A stretch of 40,715 bases of DNA, taken from contig WELB01000017.1 of NCBI GenBank assembly GCA_009602725.1, positions 960,760-1,001,474 of the forward strand. Direction: 5' to 3'. The translations under genes were made by a program, and so were the position numbers. Positions 12,653 through 25,337 of this stretch are shown here, piece by piece. Position 1 is the first letter of the stretch. Each line of letters starts with the position of its first letter. Source of the stretch: Spirogloea muscicola. Its lineage: Eukaryota. The notes beneath the pieces are model-generated. The model had not been told where the DNA came from. It did no database searches and worked only from the letters and a program-made list of their open reading frames with translations.

Positions 12653-15600
12653 ATGGCGGCGGCGGCGGCGGCGGCGGCGGNCCCGCCGCCGGCGCCGGCG
12701 CCGCTGTAGTACAGGCGCTGGCCGCGTCGCTGGACTGGCGGGCGAGCCCCGCCACGCGCCGCGCCGCGGCGGAGTTCCTCGACAAGGCAGGCGGCCACTC
12801 CCCCTCGCTTCCTTTTCCCACCAGAGCTGCATGCTGGCCGCTCAGAGAAGCTTTGCTGCTGTTTCATTAGATATACCTCATATGCTGGCAGAATTGAAAG
12901 TTGGACTATTGCAGAAACTGTTGGAGATTGTACACCACTTGCTTTTGTGTTCCAGATTGATTCTAGCAGTAGCTACGATTTTGCACTATTGTCTTCAGTA
13001 TGCATAAGACCACTCGAGTCAAGGGACAGAATGGTTTCCAAAACATTAGTAAATCTTTCACTGATTGCTGAGGAAATACGTTGTGTTGTCCGCTAACTTG
13101 CCCCTTTAGGACTCAGTGACAGTCCTCACAACATCGTCTTTATCTTCTGACGACAAACTTATTGGCGTTTCGAGGGCCTCGTATCCTGTGATGTTGTCGC
13201 TTGCAGATTAAAACAGGCGAGCCGAGAGCGGTGGCCAGTTTCGCGTTGTCGCTACTTGAGTGCGAGCACCCCAATGAGGTCCAGCTTTTGGGTCTGCAAC
13301 TTTTGCAGGTCTGCAAGAATGCCTTTTCCTGTTGAGGCTGCAAATGCAGCAGGTACATCAGTGATGTCTGCATGGTTTTCATGACAACTGTCGTGAAAAT
13401 TTCTGCTTGTCGTTCAGCAGTGTCACTGAGATGGTGCAGCTGAGGCAGCATGTAGCGCAGTCAAGGTGGGCGCACTTCAGTGGCGACGAACGTCAGCAAC
13501 TAGCTAGGATGGTTTTTGAGCTGCTGCAAGGGAGTGCACTGCGCAACCACAACTGGCCGATAAGAAGCAAGACAGCTGCTCTGCTAGTTGAGGTGAGTTT
13601 TATGTAAGTGAAGAGTTATGCTACCACTGCAATGTATTGTGCAATCAATCTTATGCAACAAGAGTATGTCCATTCAAGACTGTGACTGTTGTCTTGGGGC
13701 TGCATTCGTAAGTCTGCAGGTCGTCAGGCAGGAAGGGCCACAATTTTGGAAAGACCTATTGCCAGTACTCCTTGAAAGTGCTAGCAAAAGCCCTGCTCAT
13801 GTAAGGCATAAAATGGTCCAGCTCTTCACTCTTAGCAGGCCTTCAGGAAGCTGATTACCAGATCACTGAAAGCACTGCTGTGACATGTAGTCGTCACACT
13901 GCCATGTCTGCCAATTAGATGATTGAATTTCAAGGTAGCACTATTGGCGACTTATAAGCTGGTAAATTGGTGTTATTTGCAAAGCATGGGCAGTATGTCT
14001 GTGATGTTCATGAAGTACTCAACAGTACTGAATCTTAGAGAGACTGGGGGGAATTTGCGATTGCTATTGGCAATGAATTAAGCAGAGAGAGATCGATACT
14101 CATCCTTAGGCAAGCTCTTTGCTATGGTATGCCAGGCAGAGGTGGTTGCGATGGTACTGCAATTTGTGCCCGAGGATGTGACACTGCACAGTGAAGATAT
14201 TGCAAGTAAGACACAAGATATTAAAAGCACAGCATTGCTTGCACCAGAAGTCACTTGGTGCAATCTCATATCGCTTCTTGAGCTGTCATGAACCTAAGGT
14301 CTCATCTCATATTGTCTTTCTTTCTTACTTCCATGTGACACGCAGCCCTTGAGCTTACGCACAGGCCACCCACAGACAAACAGGTGCTGGCTTTTTTACC
14401 TCGTGTTGCTCCAAATGCAGGAGGTCAAAGGAGAGGCATGCTGCTAGCCCTGACAACAAGCCTTCCTGAAATATTTCGTTTCCTTTACCAGGTGATGTTT
14501 GTGTTTAGATTCCATCTCAGTTGAGCACTTGGAGATGGAAAAGGAATCTGTACAGTGCTCCTGAGCATGAAAATGTGAGATAAGGGTCATGCAAGTCGAT
14601 ATTGATGGTAATGAGCTTGTGCTGTGCAGGCTCTTAGTCAGCACTTCTCAGCAGCTATGGCTATGGTTGAGCAAAATGACGTGGAGAGCGCGAAACGTCA
14701 CGCTGCAGTTGTCACAGCTGCATTGAGTGCTGCTTGTGTATATGCAGATTGGGCACCTGTGAGTGCCATGGTTGACTACAACCTCATCACTGTGTGAGTA
14801 GCTCTGCTAATTGTCCTACTAAAGGAGATACTAAGTAGTTCCTGCCTCACTCTGCACACCCCTCCTCCAGTGCAACATCGATATGCTGTTCTACATATGT
14901 GCTCATGAATCTGGGACCAGCTGCAGGTTGCCAGATACTAGGGACTTTACCTGCAGCTGATATCTCAACCCATGCTTTTGACAGGTGTTGTTACCTGCTG
15001 CGAGCGTCAGAATTCAGGCTGGCTGCTGTTGATTTCCTGAAGATGGTCGCCTCCAGGTGCATTTTGGCATCATCTTGGTATTTTGGCTTGAGTTTGATAC
15101 TGCTCTTCAATGACTTTGCATAGCAGGTGGTCATGATTGATCAATCAGTTGAACTCACATATGTTTATCTTGGAATGAAATGTGCAAGTAGCATCTGAGA
15201 TCTGTACTTCATGCTTATAGACCTCGTCTCTGTCAACCTCTTTTACAGGAAGAGACCTGCTGATGATTCTCAAGCCACCCATGATGCCACCATGGTGCAA
15301 GTTTTTGATGGCTTGTCTGGAACAGTTGAAAGTAGTTTGCGTTCAAGTGGTGGCCTTCAAAGCAAGGTTACTTCAAGCGAAACGGAGTTGGTATTTGCGG
15401 AGCGTGTTTGTCAGGCTATGGTTGCTCTTGCTCCACATAATCTCGTCAGCTGCATAAAGGACAGCCCACATCGTCTGGAAGTCTACCTTCTGCAGGTCAG
15501 CAACATTGCAGGTCTTGGGCTGTGCCCCATTACAATGAGCATCTAGTCATAGCAGGGAATAACCCCTTCTGTCAATGGTGTGCTCTCGTTTGTGTCAAAT

Positions 15601-18600
15601 ACTACTTTGTGAAGAGTCTTGTCGATCTTTTAGTGGCCAGAGTCTTTCAATGCTAGGTTTAAGAGCTTGCAGATGAGATCTGGGCTTCAATCGAGGTCAG
15701 TCCTTGTGGTGTGCGGGAGCAGCTCTTTCGTCTGCCATGATGTTAGCACTTGCACATACGAGCAGTCTTGGACGTACTGGAGGGTTTCAAGCACTATTGT
15801 GGTGGCTTCTTGGACCCTTGTGCTTGCAGATGCTTTGGTTCTTCCAGCATCCTTCAGTTGTCCTCCACTCATTGGCGTTGCCACTTTGGCTGGTGAGTCA
15901 GCCTGATCCAGTGACCGCAGTGCAATATATACATTGCTTGGTCCACTTCGTCTTAAGCAGAATGATTCATGTGAAGGTGAAATCAGTAAAGCATGTCTGG
16001 AGATCTATCAAGGTTTTGGTTCAGGATCTAGGACGATTGCTTTTGCCAGACCATGAGCTGCGGTAAGGTTTGGAAATTGTTGAGCAGCTTCCTCATCATG
16101 CTGACTTGCATTACTTGCTGCTTGCAGACATTGTTGCGTGAAAGCTTCACTTCTTTACAACCGGAGGACGCTGCTGAGCATGGCACGGGTGGTGGCATCT
16201 CGCACACGAAAGACAGGAGGAATGCCAGTATCCTGGTAAATGCAGAGGTGGTCGCATCATTACTTGATGTGGTGGCTGAGAGACTTCCGAGAAAGGGTCC
16301 AGAGGAGGATGAGTATGGGTCTGAGGAGCTGACTGCCTCACCTGATTATGCCCAGCATCGCAGCCGCCTGGTACGCTTAGTCAATCCTACTTTTCAGGAT
16401 GTGCACCAAGCAAGCTAGAGCATCTGCATTGTGCATCCCTGGGGGCCAATGAGAAGACCCAATATGGAGGCCAAAGCATGCAGGCAGGCCTTTCAAGTGA
16501 CATTGACTCGCCAGGCACAACCTTGTGCCTTTTACAGATCGAACTCATCAGGCTTGTCACTCAACAGTACCCACTATTGGCAGCTAGCAAAGTAGCTCAA
16601 AGATTGGAGTTTATTATCACTCCTGTTGCTCATGCATCAGCAAGCTTCAAAGGCATTCCTTCTGTGAGTATCTCATTCTTTGAGTTGCCCATACATATTC
16701 TTCGCGGTGTGCATTTGTACCCAATCTGTCAGCACCCTTGTTCTTGTAGCAGCTATTGCTGAACCTCCTCAGGTATCTAGTACAAACTCCTATTGAGTGT
16801 ATGAGCAGCCTGTGAAGCGAGCTTCCAAGGTAGTTTGTCCATCAGAATATCACTCCGTTGAGGTGTACATGTGACCCAAGCTGTTCTACCCTTGCTCTCT
16901 TTGGCCACTGATGATGTTCCTCCTTTGGTAGCTTAAGCACAACCCAAATGAGCATGAGTACCCTGTTATATGAAAAACCCTTTGCTGACCATGCCGTTTA
17001 TCACATCTACGCAGGCAGTAATCACGATCGGTGGTTGTCAAGTAATGCTGGAGACAATGATGGCGGCCATTCCTGACACTGTTTTGGCAGATGCAGATAT
17101 GACTACACCGACTGGGAGCGGACGCGACCTTGATCTGATAATACAACGTGCGTGAGCTGTATGCTACAGTAGTGCCTGGATCTTATGAGGGAATCACAAG
17201 TCTCCTAAAAACACTGATTCTGACACACAAGTAGGAGGCTCATGAAGTACGTGTTTCATGCATTAGCACACATCAGCACCAACTCCACTTTTTCATGACA
17301 TCATGATAACGATGAGAGCTTAGGTCAGCCAGTCATCTGTACCTGATGTAGGTCCAAGAATCAAGAAGCTGACCTTTCCTGCAGGTATGTTGCAGATGGT
17401 CCTTGCTGTAAATTGGCAAGATCCGCAGCATATTGAGATGCAAGGGCGTCTACTTGACTCCTTTCGTCCTCATTTGAGGCACAAACCACAGGCTGCCCTC
17501 GTTGTAGTGCAAAAACTCTTCTCCTTCCTCTTCGCTCTATCAGCTCTCAAGCAGGTATGTTCAGCAAATACAATGTGACACTGTGCTTGAGCTGTCCGTG
17601 CCCCAAATCATTACTGAAATGCTACGAACTTTTTGGTTGCGTACGCACTTTCGAAGAACTGGTCTTACAAGAAGATCTCCTCATATGGATGCTCTATCTT
17701 TGCCTCCTCAGGCAAATGACTTCATAACAGCTGACCTCGCAATCCTCCACGCGAGGGTGCAAGTCTGCACATCTATCCTCCGTATTGCTCGAATTGCTGG
17801 AGCTGTACTTGTGCCACATATACAGGTCTGCCTCAGGAGTACAAGAACAGCAATTCCGCATTGGGCATCGTATATTTGCTCATCCTTCAGAAAGCATGTC
17901 TGCTATGGTGCAGCTTAACGTGGGCTGTGTCAGGCCCCCAGAGACATCAACCTTTTTGTGCTCTGGTCGTCACTCTGCATTTGTGCAAGCCTGCATATCT
18001 GACAAGCCATGGTGGTTATTGCTCGCAGGACTTCGTCGTGTCTTTACAGCGCATGCGCCAACAAAATATTGTTGGAGAGAAGGAGGACAATCTGCTTGGA
18101 GAAGCTCTTATGATGATAGGAGGTGCAGCTGGGTATGTCTTGCATTTATCTGGTTTTATCTGGCAAAGAAGTAGGCATATGCTTTGCAAGTCAGAGTGGA
18201 TACTAGCACACAATGCCCTGTTTTAGATGCGCCTTCTTCATGAAGCGATTTCGAGGGTGTCATATAAGAATTCTAAGCACTGCTGGCTGTAGCACTGTTG
18301 GAGTGATATGTACCCCCTTGGAGTACGTGGCTAACATGAAAGTACAGGTTTGGCACAATTGTCCTCACAGAATGTTGATGTTATCATGCAGGGTTAACGA
18401 GCAGGCTCAGGTCTTGAACTGGTTGTTGAGCCCCGTCAAAGATAAATGGGCTGACCAGCAATGGCAGCATCTCTACCTCTCAAGCGGCCATGCTCTAGCT
18501 CGTCTACTATCTTCTAGATTAGATGCAGCCGTTGATGGAGCTGCTGTGACTGCTGCCCCTTCAGACAACAACTCCACCACAGATATATGGTGGATCTACT

Positions 18601-21138
18601 ATGCCGTTACCTTGTTCGAAAAAGCACTACGACGGGCTGTCTCTATTACTGGTATACCTGGTGGCCGGCATCCTCTCTTGCCTCACCTTGAGTGGATACT
18701 CCCACCCCTTCTCCAGGTTGTGTACAATCTGGTGGTTTGTCAAAACAAAGGCATCAAGACTTGCCAGAGATCTGTTTATATCTCCCTGTATAGGTTGTAT
18801 AGCCGCAGTCCTTGCTTCCTGTGCATGTTGTAATGAATGACTGTTGTGCTGTACTGCAGCTCCTCAGATGCATACAAAGTCTGTGGACCCCAGCAATAAA
18901 GTCAGTGCTGCCCAAGGGCCTCCAGCTGGCGCTCCTGATGGGGCCTCATGAACAGGCAGCACTCCTGGGTGCTGTGGCGCCTATCCCAGCTCTGCAGAAT
19001 GAAGCTGATGCGGACGCTGATGGCAGCTCCTTGTCGATGGAGATGGCTACTGATGTCAACAGCATCCGGGCCTGGCTGAAAGGCATCCGAGATAGCGGGT
19101 ATGTCCAACACGGATCTGCACAAATGCAAGTGTTGCATTTGCAAGCAAGCATCACCAGAACATAGTTAAGCATGTGCGTTCTTTGCAAACAATGTACTAG
19201 AGGACAGTCTTTTGAGTCGAGTCACTGTACAAGGCAATATATGTAAGGGCTGCTGTGTCTATACCATAGGCGTGGATTCTTATCATAGAGCAGCAGGGTT
19301 GGGTTATGGTACTCACCGAAAAGAAGGGTCTGGTACTGCCCACACTGAACTGCTCAGCTCTGGAAGATGAAAACATCTATCAATCTCAAAAATGTATCAA
19401 GTCAATCAGATGCAGAATGCCTGACTGGAGAAGGCTGTGCAGATACAATGCGATTGGCGCAGCGGCTATGCGAATGGGTGATGCCTTCTTTGAGAGCTGC
19501 AATTCGAGAGTGCTGGACATATCGCAGGCGCTGCTAGAGGGCCTTGACTCGATGGAGCACCGTCATCAAAGACAGCTTCTCCGTGTCATCATTGGCCCCA
19601 TTTTGAAGCACTGCCCTCCTGCACAGTGGCATGCCTGGCTGAGACCGCTTATCCCGTCCATTGTGATCCACAACCAGAAAGCGCTGTCCACTGCATGGGC
19701 TAACCTCAAGAGCAGCGCAGAGACATCTGCCATGATGGGGGGGCCAAATTGGTCTGGCTCTGAGCAACAGACAAGTGTGGAGGTGTTGGAAGAGAAGTTG
19801 CTGCGCGATTTTACCAGGGAGGCTTGTGCCCTTCTTATGATGATAGCATCAGTCCGCCCAGAAGTCCACGAAAGGGATGGGGCCTCTCATGAATTGCATG
19901 CGGAGGCAGCTCCCTCTGAAGCAGGCCAGCAGAGCGGAGATCTTCTCAGGTGATATTTGTCATCTGGCATTCAATCTCCACGAAGCTGGCAGCTCAAGCA
20001 CTTAGTCTTGATGAGTGCTCTAGGCAGCAAGGTTTGTAGGAAGCTGTGTTCCAAGACGCAAGTACAAGGCATGGTTAGCAGATGCCATGTGATATTACGT
20101 CATGTCACTGCAGCTTCAACTCTGGCTTGTATGAAGTCCGATCTCGTGGTGACGTGTGCAGTTTCTTCATGAGTGATGTAACGGTGGCAGAAGCTGCGCT
20201 TCGGCTAGCCACCAAGGCCATGACTTGGCCTGACAGCGATTCGGCCCACAAAGCTCTGTCCTTCTGCAATGCGATTGCAGCCTGGCCTGCACTTACGACA
20301 CAGGCCGGCACTCTGCTCTTGGCTGCCGTTGCTAAGGAAGTTTTCCTAGCGGGTATACAAGGTCTTACCTTGGAGTCAAACTCCTCTTTCCAGTCTGAGC
20401 TAGTGGGTTTACTAAGAGAAATATACAGTCGCCTCTCCCCATTCTCGAGCGCGCCTCATGAGGTCAGTTGGCACAGCATAAATTTCTGACTGTGAAGGAG
20501 GTCTTCAATCCAAAGTCACTTGTAGGTCATACCAAGCGACAGTCATGTCAGAATGATCTAAGATAGACTATCAATCGTCTCGTATGCCCAAAAATGTGTC
20601 CTGGTAAATCTTAGCAATATTAGTTTTGGATGAGCAAGGGCTGTACGTCAGGGACTGAAGCTTGCGGCGTCCTTTGTTGCCAACGTTTCTCCTGGGGGCT
20701 GACTTATACTCCACGGGAGTGCAGATTTTGTTGTGCCTTCCATCAATGACTACTGAGAGACTTGCTGCATTTGAGAAGGACCTGTTGAAATCAACCAGCG
20801 CGCGGGAGCAGCGCCAGAGCTTCAAGAGCCTCCTACTCGGCGCTGGCGGCGACCAGCTCAAGGCGCTCTTGGCGCAACGCAACCCCACTGTCATCAGCAA
20901 CCTCACAGGTCTGCGCTTGATGCTCTGCAAGGGACTTGGTTGCGATATGATTGCATCAGCATTGCGGTACAGGGGACTTGGTCACCAAGATGCCTTAACA
21001 ATACATGTCTCACGAGCTGCAGTCTTCATAATTTTGCCCTGTGCAGAGAGGGCTGTCACCGGCCCTGCAAGTGGTCCAATTGGCGGTGCCGATGGTGGAG
21101 AGCAAGGTGCCTTGGGGCTCGCATCATTTGGGGTGTGA
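12653..21138 (+). CDS. HST: Exportin-5 / HASTY orthologue (importin-beta superfamily), ~22 exons
   Basis: Kozak-like GCCGCCATGG at 12647-12656. Exon peptides ALAASLDWRASPATRRAAAEFLDK|IKTGE, NWPIRSKTAALLVE|VVRQEGPQFW, LQFVPEDVTLH, LTTSLPEIF, YADWAP, RKRP, IRAWLKGIRDSG|YNAIG, EVLEEKLLRDFTRE, IQGLTLESN and LLKSTSAREQRQSFKSLLLGAGGDQLKAL follow plant HASTY in order. Stop at 21136-21138. The N at 12681 obscures the frame in exon 1. Confidence 0.93.
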
Positions 21139-22475
21139 ATTCACTCAACTCCTCGGTATTCGACCCCCACTCGCATTCTGCAGGGTATCGCTGCAGGCGC
21201 TGGCTATTGCTCCTTGGCCTCTTGTCAAGCCTAGCCACGCAGAGCAAGGCTCTGTGATGTGGACCGGCTGTTTGAGCTGCAGAAGCTCCTGATTGGAGCC
21301 AAGCTCCCCAGAGCATGCCGTCATTTGTTAAGGACGGCCACTCCTGGATCCCTTGAGGTTAAAGGTACCCAGACAGCCGTTGTTCATTCTTTTTTTTCTG
21401 GGCTGGCCGATTAAAGCCATCGCCCTCTACTCGAAGAGCCTTCCTTCAAATGGCCTCATCGATCCAAAAGTCAGGCCTTGACTTGTCGTGCCGGAGACTT
21501 TGATGCCTGCAACGGGCATCAAACCCAGAATCTCTGATACCTTGGCTGAGGCTGGCTTCAGTTGAGCAGGCCAGGCAGACATTATCTGGCATGTTCCATT
21601 GTTGTCCTCTTCAGCTAGCAGAAGCAGTTTCAGTGACAAGCTAGGCGACCAGTAGGCAATAGTTCGAATATCAACATAGAGCCTCTTACGGTGCCTGCTG
21701 GTTTGTGTGGGACTGCAAGCATCTCCGAAGAAGACAAACTGGGCGCCTTCTCCTCTGAATTTGTCACTGCTCTTACCAAAGTCACATTATGTGCTGAGCA
21801 TGTCAGACAGTGCGGCAGACTCCGCTACCATGCTGCATGCCCATTGCATGCCCTTGTGTACATGTGATGCCTAAGAACCGGATTCTTATACCCTGCAACA
21901 TGATGGAAGCTTGCCATATCCTTATTTGGAAAGTCGTAAGCTTTTGTTTGCAATGCTATGTGCGCCACCTCTCATGTCCATTGAAGAACTTTTCAAGTTC
22001 ACAATTGTGGTTGTGGCATAGATAGTGAAGAGGTTTGACAATGCAGCCTGCAGTGTTGCCTGTGTCTGTAAGGCGACTGGACAATCTCCTGCATGCAGCG
22101 CCAGACACAAGGCCAACATTGCCACTAACACCCTCTGAATGTCACAGCTGAAGGGGTTCCTGCATCAAATGCACCTTGGGTGATGAAGTCCTGCAGTCGA
22201 CAGCAAGGGTCGAATCTTTAGCAGCTTCGATAGACCAGGCGTTAAGGGTCCAGATATGACACACAGCAGGGCAAATCTGACACTGAATTTCTAATCATTA
22301 AGGAGACTGAAAAGGTCAATATACCAACAATCAGGGTAGTGGATGGCACTGAGAGACTGAGATGCTGGAGGTATGTTTAGATGAAAGTGGGCTAGAAGTC
22401 AGGGCTCAGGTTTTTCAAAATAGTCGACAAAGGGTGCAATGGATTGTCAGGATTTCCATTTGATTCTTGGGGTGC

Positions 22476-24356
22476 TCACCTTAACGGCGACAAAGCTTCT
22501 TCAGCCGCCGGTGCACCAGGTGCCCGGCTGCTGCGCAGGCGGTCGCGTGCGAGCAGTGTGGCGGCATGCTGCGGGCCGTGGCAGAGAGTGAGGAGCTCAA
22601 GCGCTCGCAGATAGCAGCCTGCGGTGGCTGCATTTGCCTGGCCAGCAAGCGCAACAGCAGCACCAGGAGAACAGCAGCCGGCATTGATGCTGTCGTCTGT
22701 GGAAGGCGGTGCGGCCGTCTCCACGAGATTGCCAAGGAGGTCAACTACAGCAGCAACATTGCCAAGACTTTGAGCCAATGCGTCCTGCACGAGCCTGGCG
22801 CCAACCAGGGAGGTCGCCGGCGTGACCGGTAACCGGAGCACCGTCGCCTCGGAGCTGAGCAAGGCCAGGGCGTCACCTAGGTCCAGCCAGTAGCGGCCCG
22901 CCAGGGGCGCTGCGCCAGCCTCGCCCTCGCGCACGAGCGCGTCTGCTGCCAGCACCAAAGCTGCCGCATACACGACAGCTGCACAAAGTTGCGGGCCGCC
23001 GCAGCCGCCCGTCACTAGCACACAGCAGCGCGCAGCGCACGCTGCGGCGGCGTATGCCTCGAGGCATGTGGCGTGGAGCTCGTGCAGCGCGCGCACGACC
23101 GTGGCCGCCACCGGTCCGTCGCCAGAGATCTTGTCCAAGTGGGTTCCTCTAGAAGCAGTTGCAATGGACTGCTCGCCATGGCAGCCAGCGCTGCCTGGCG
23201 GCGTGTCGTGCGATGAGACCGCCACATCGCTATCTTCCAATTTAGCCAATCGCCGCTTGCTTCCGCCAATGCAGCCGCTTCTGCGCGGCCAGTCGTCCCA
23301 GAAGCAGTCTATGGGCAACTGCTCACGCGAGAGCGCGTCCACAATAGCGTCCTCCAGCTGTCGGAAGGCCTCCGCCGGACCGCCGCTGCCATCGTCGGAG
23401 GAGAGCAGCGCCGTCACGCCGGCAGCCACGCCGTCGCCAATGCGCTCAAGGCTCCGCGCTAGCGCCGGGGACGTCAGGCGCTTCCCGCACTCGTCGCAGC
23501 GGAACACGTGGCTCATGTCGACGCCGCCGCCGCCGCCGCTGCCGCTGCTGACAACGCCGCCGGGCTCCAATGCCGGCTGCAGCCTGCCAGGCAAAGCTCC
23601 TGAGTGCCTGACCAGAAGCCTGGGAGGTAAGGAACAAGGTTCAGGGTTTAAGGGTTCGACTTCAGAGATTTAGGGTTTATGATTGTCTCAATGACTCGCA
23701 AACATGCTGTGAAGCTCTGAGTCAATGTCACGGGCAAAATAAGTCGAAGTTTAAATGTTAGGCTTTCGGGTTTGGGATGTAGGGTTCAGGGTTAAGGTTT
23801 TAGGGTTTGGGGAGAATCGTACTGGCGAACACACCAGCGCCTCCTGGACGAGGCGGCCGCGGCACGATCCGGCAGCAGAAGCGCAATTTCCAACGGCCGT
23901 CAGGCGCCGGTCAGCCGCGCCGTTATACGCTGCAGCGCATCGTGGGCAGTCGCACTTGAAGCAGAATCGCGTTAGCAGATCCGTTTGGCGCTCGGCCGGG
24001 GGCCTCATTACGTTGATGTAGGCGATGGAGAACTCGTCGCCAGCGTCGATGTCTCTGAGGGCTCTGAGGCTGAGAGTGGGGCCGGCGCCGGAACGCGGCG
24101 CACAACTGATCGTGAACACCGCGCTGGGCCGGCAGCTGTGATTTATCCACGAAAACGGCGGCGGGTAAACTGCCACGCCCTCCTTTACCACGCCCGGCGT
24201 TCCCGCTGCCGCCGCCGTGCGGTCCTCGAGCCTGACTTCCACGCCGTTGATCAGCACCTGGCAGAGCGCCTCGGCTGCCAGCGCCTCGAGCTCGCCGCCG
24301 CCGCCGCCGCCGCCGATGCCGCCGCTGCCACCGCCGCTGAAGCCGCCGCCGCCGCC
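22476..24356 (-). CDS. SDG41: SMYD-type SET-domain protein, SDG41-like; 5' part lies in the N gap
   Basis: EALCQVLINGVEV...GVAVYPPPFSWINHSCRPSA...LRALRDIDAGDEFSIAYINVMRPPAERQTDLLTRFCFKCDCPRC (SET NHSC motif, ExxIxY, post-SET CxCxxC). One exon runs from the gap to ~23835, a second ~23576-22480 (FRCDECG plus a helical C-terminal region). The gene may continue past the AAG|GTGAGC donor near 22480. Confidence 0.8.
23636..23812 (+). repeat. Degenerate telomere-like (TTTAGGG) units inside the SET-gene intron
   Basis: TTCAGGG, TTTAAGGG, TTTAGGG (x2), TTTCGGG, TTTGGG, TGTAGGG and TTTTAGGG clustered within ~180 bp. Confidence 0.6.
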
Positions 24357-25337
24357 NNNNNNNNNNNNNNNNNNNNNNNNNNNNNNNNNNNNNNNNNNNN
24401 NNNNNNNNNNNNNNNNNNNNNNNNNNNNNNNNNNNNNNNNNNNNNNNNNNNNNNNNNNNNNNNNNNNNNNNNNNNNNNNNNNNNNNNNNNNNNNNNNNNN
24501 NNNNNNNNNNNNNNNNNNNNNNNNNNNNNNNNNNNNNNNNNNNNNNNNNNNNNNNNNNNNNNNNNNNNNNNNNNNNNNNNNNNNNNNNNNNNNNNNNNNN
24601 NNNNNNNNNNNNNNNNNNNNNNNNNNNNNNNNNNNNNNNNNNNNNNNNNNNNNNNNNNNNNNNNNNNNNNNNNNNNNNNNNNNNNNNNNNNNNNNNNNNN
24701 NNNNNNNNNNNNNNNNNNNNNNNNNNNNNNNNNNNNNNNNNNNNNNNNNNNNNNNNNNNNNNNNNNNNNNNNNNNNNNNNNNNNNNNNNNNNNNNNNNNN
24801 NNNNNNNNNNNNNNNNNNNNNNNNNNNNNNNNNNNNNNNNNNNNNNNNNNNNNNNNNNNNNNNNNNNNNNNNNNNNNNNNNNNNNNNNNNNNNNNNNNNN
24901 NNNNNNNNNNNNNNNNNNNNNNNNNNNNNNNNNNNNNNNNNNNNNNNNNNNNNNNNNNNNNNNNNNNNNNNNNNNNNNNNNNNNNNNNNNNNNNNNNNNN
25001 NNNNNNNNNNNNNNNNNNNNNNNNNNNNNNNNNNNNNNNNNNNNNNNNNNNNNNNNNNNNNNNNNNNNNNNNNNNNNNNNNNNNNNNNNNNNNNNNNNNN
25101 NNNNNNNNNNNNNNNNNNNNNNNNNNNNNNNNNNNNNNNNNNNNNNNNNNNNNNNNNNNNNNNNNNNNNNNNNNNNNNNNNNNNNNNNNNNNNNNNNNNN
25201 NNNNNNNNNNNNNNNNNNNNNNNNNNNNNNNNNNNNNNNNNNNNNNNNNNNNNNNNNNNNNNNNNNNNNNNNNNNNNNNNNNNNNNNNNNNNNNNNNNNN
25301 NNNNNNNNNNNNNNNNNNNNNNNNNNNNNNNNNNNNN
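24357..25337. other. Assembly gap (~980 N)
   Basis: Run of N flanked by GC-rich sequence. It should contain the starts of two divergent genes. Confidence 0.99.
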
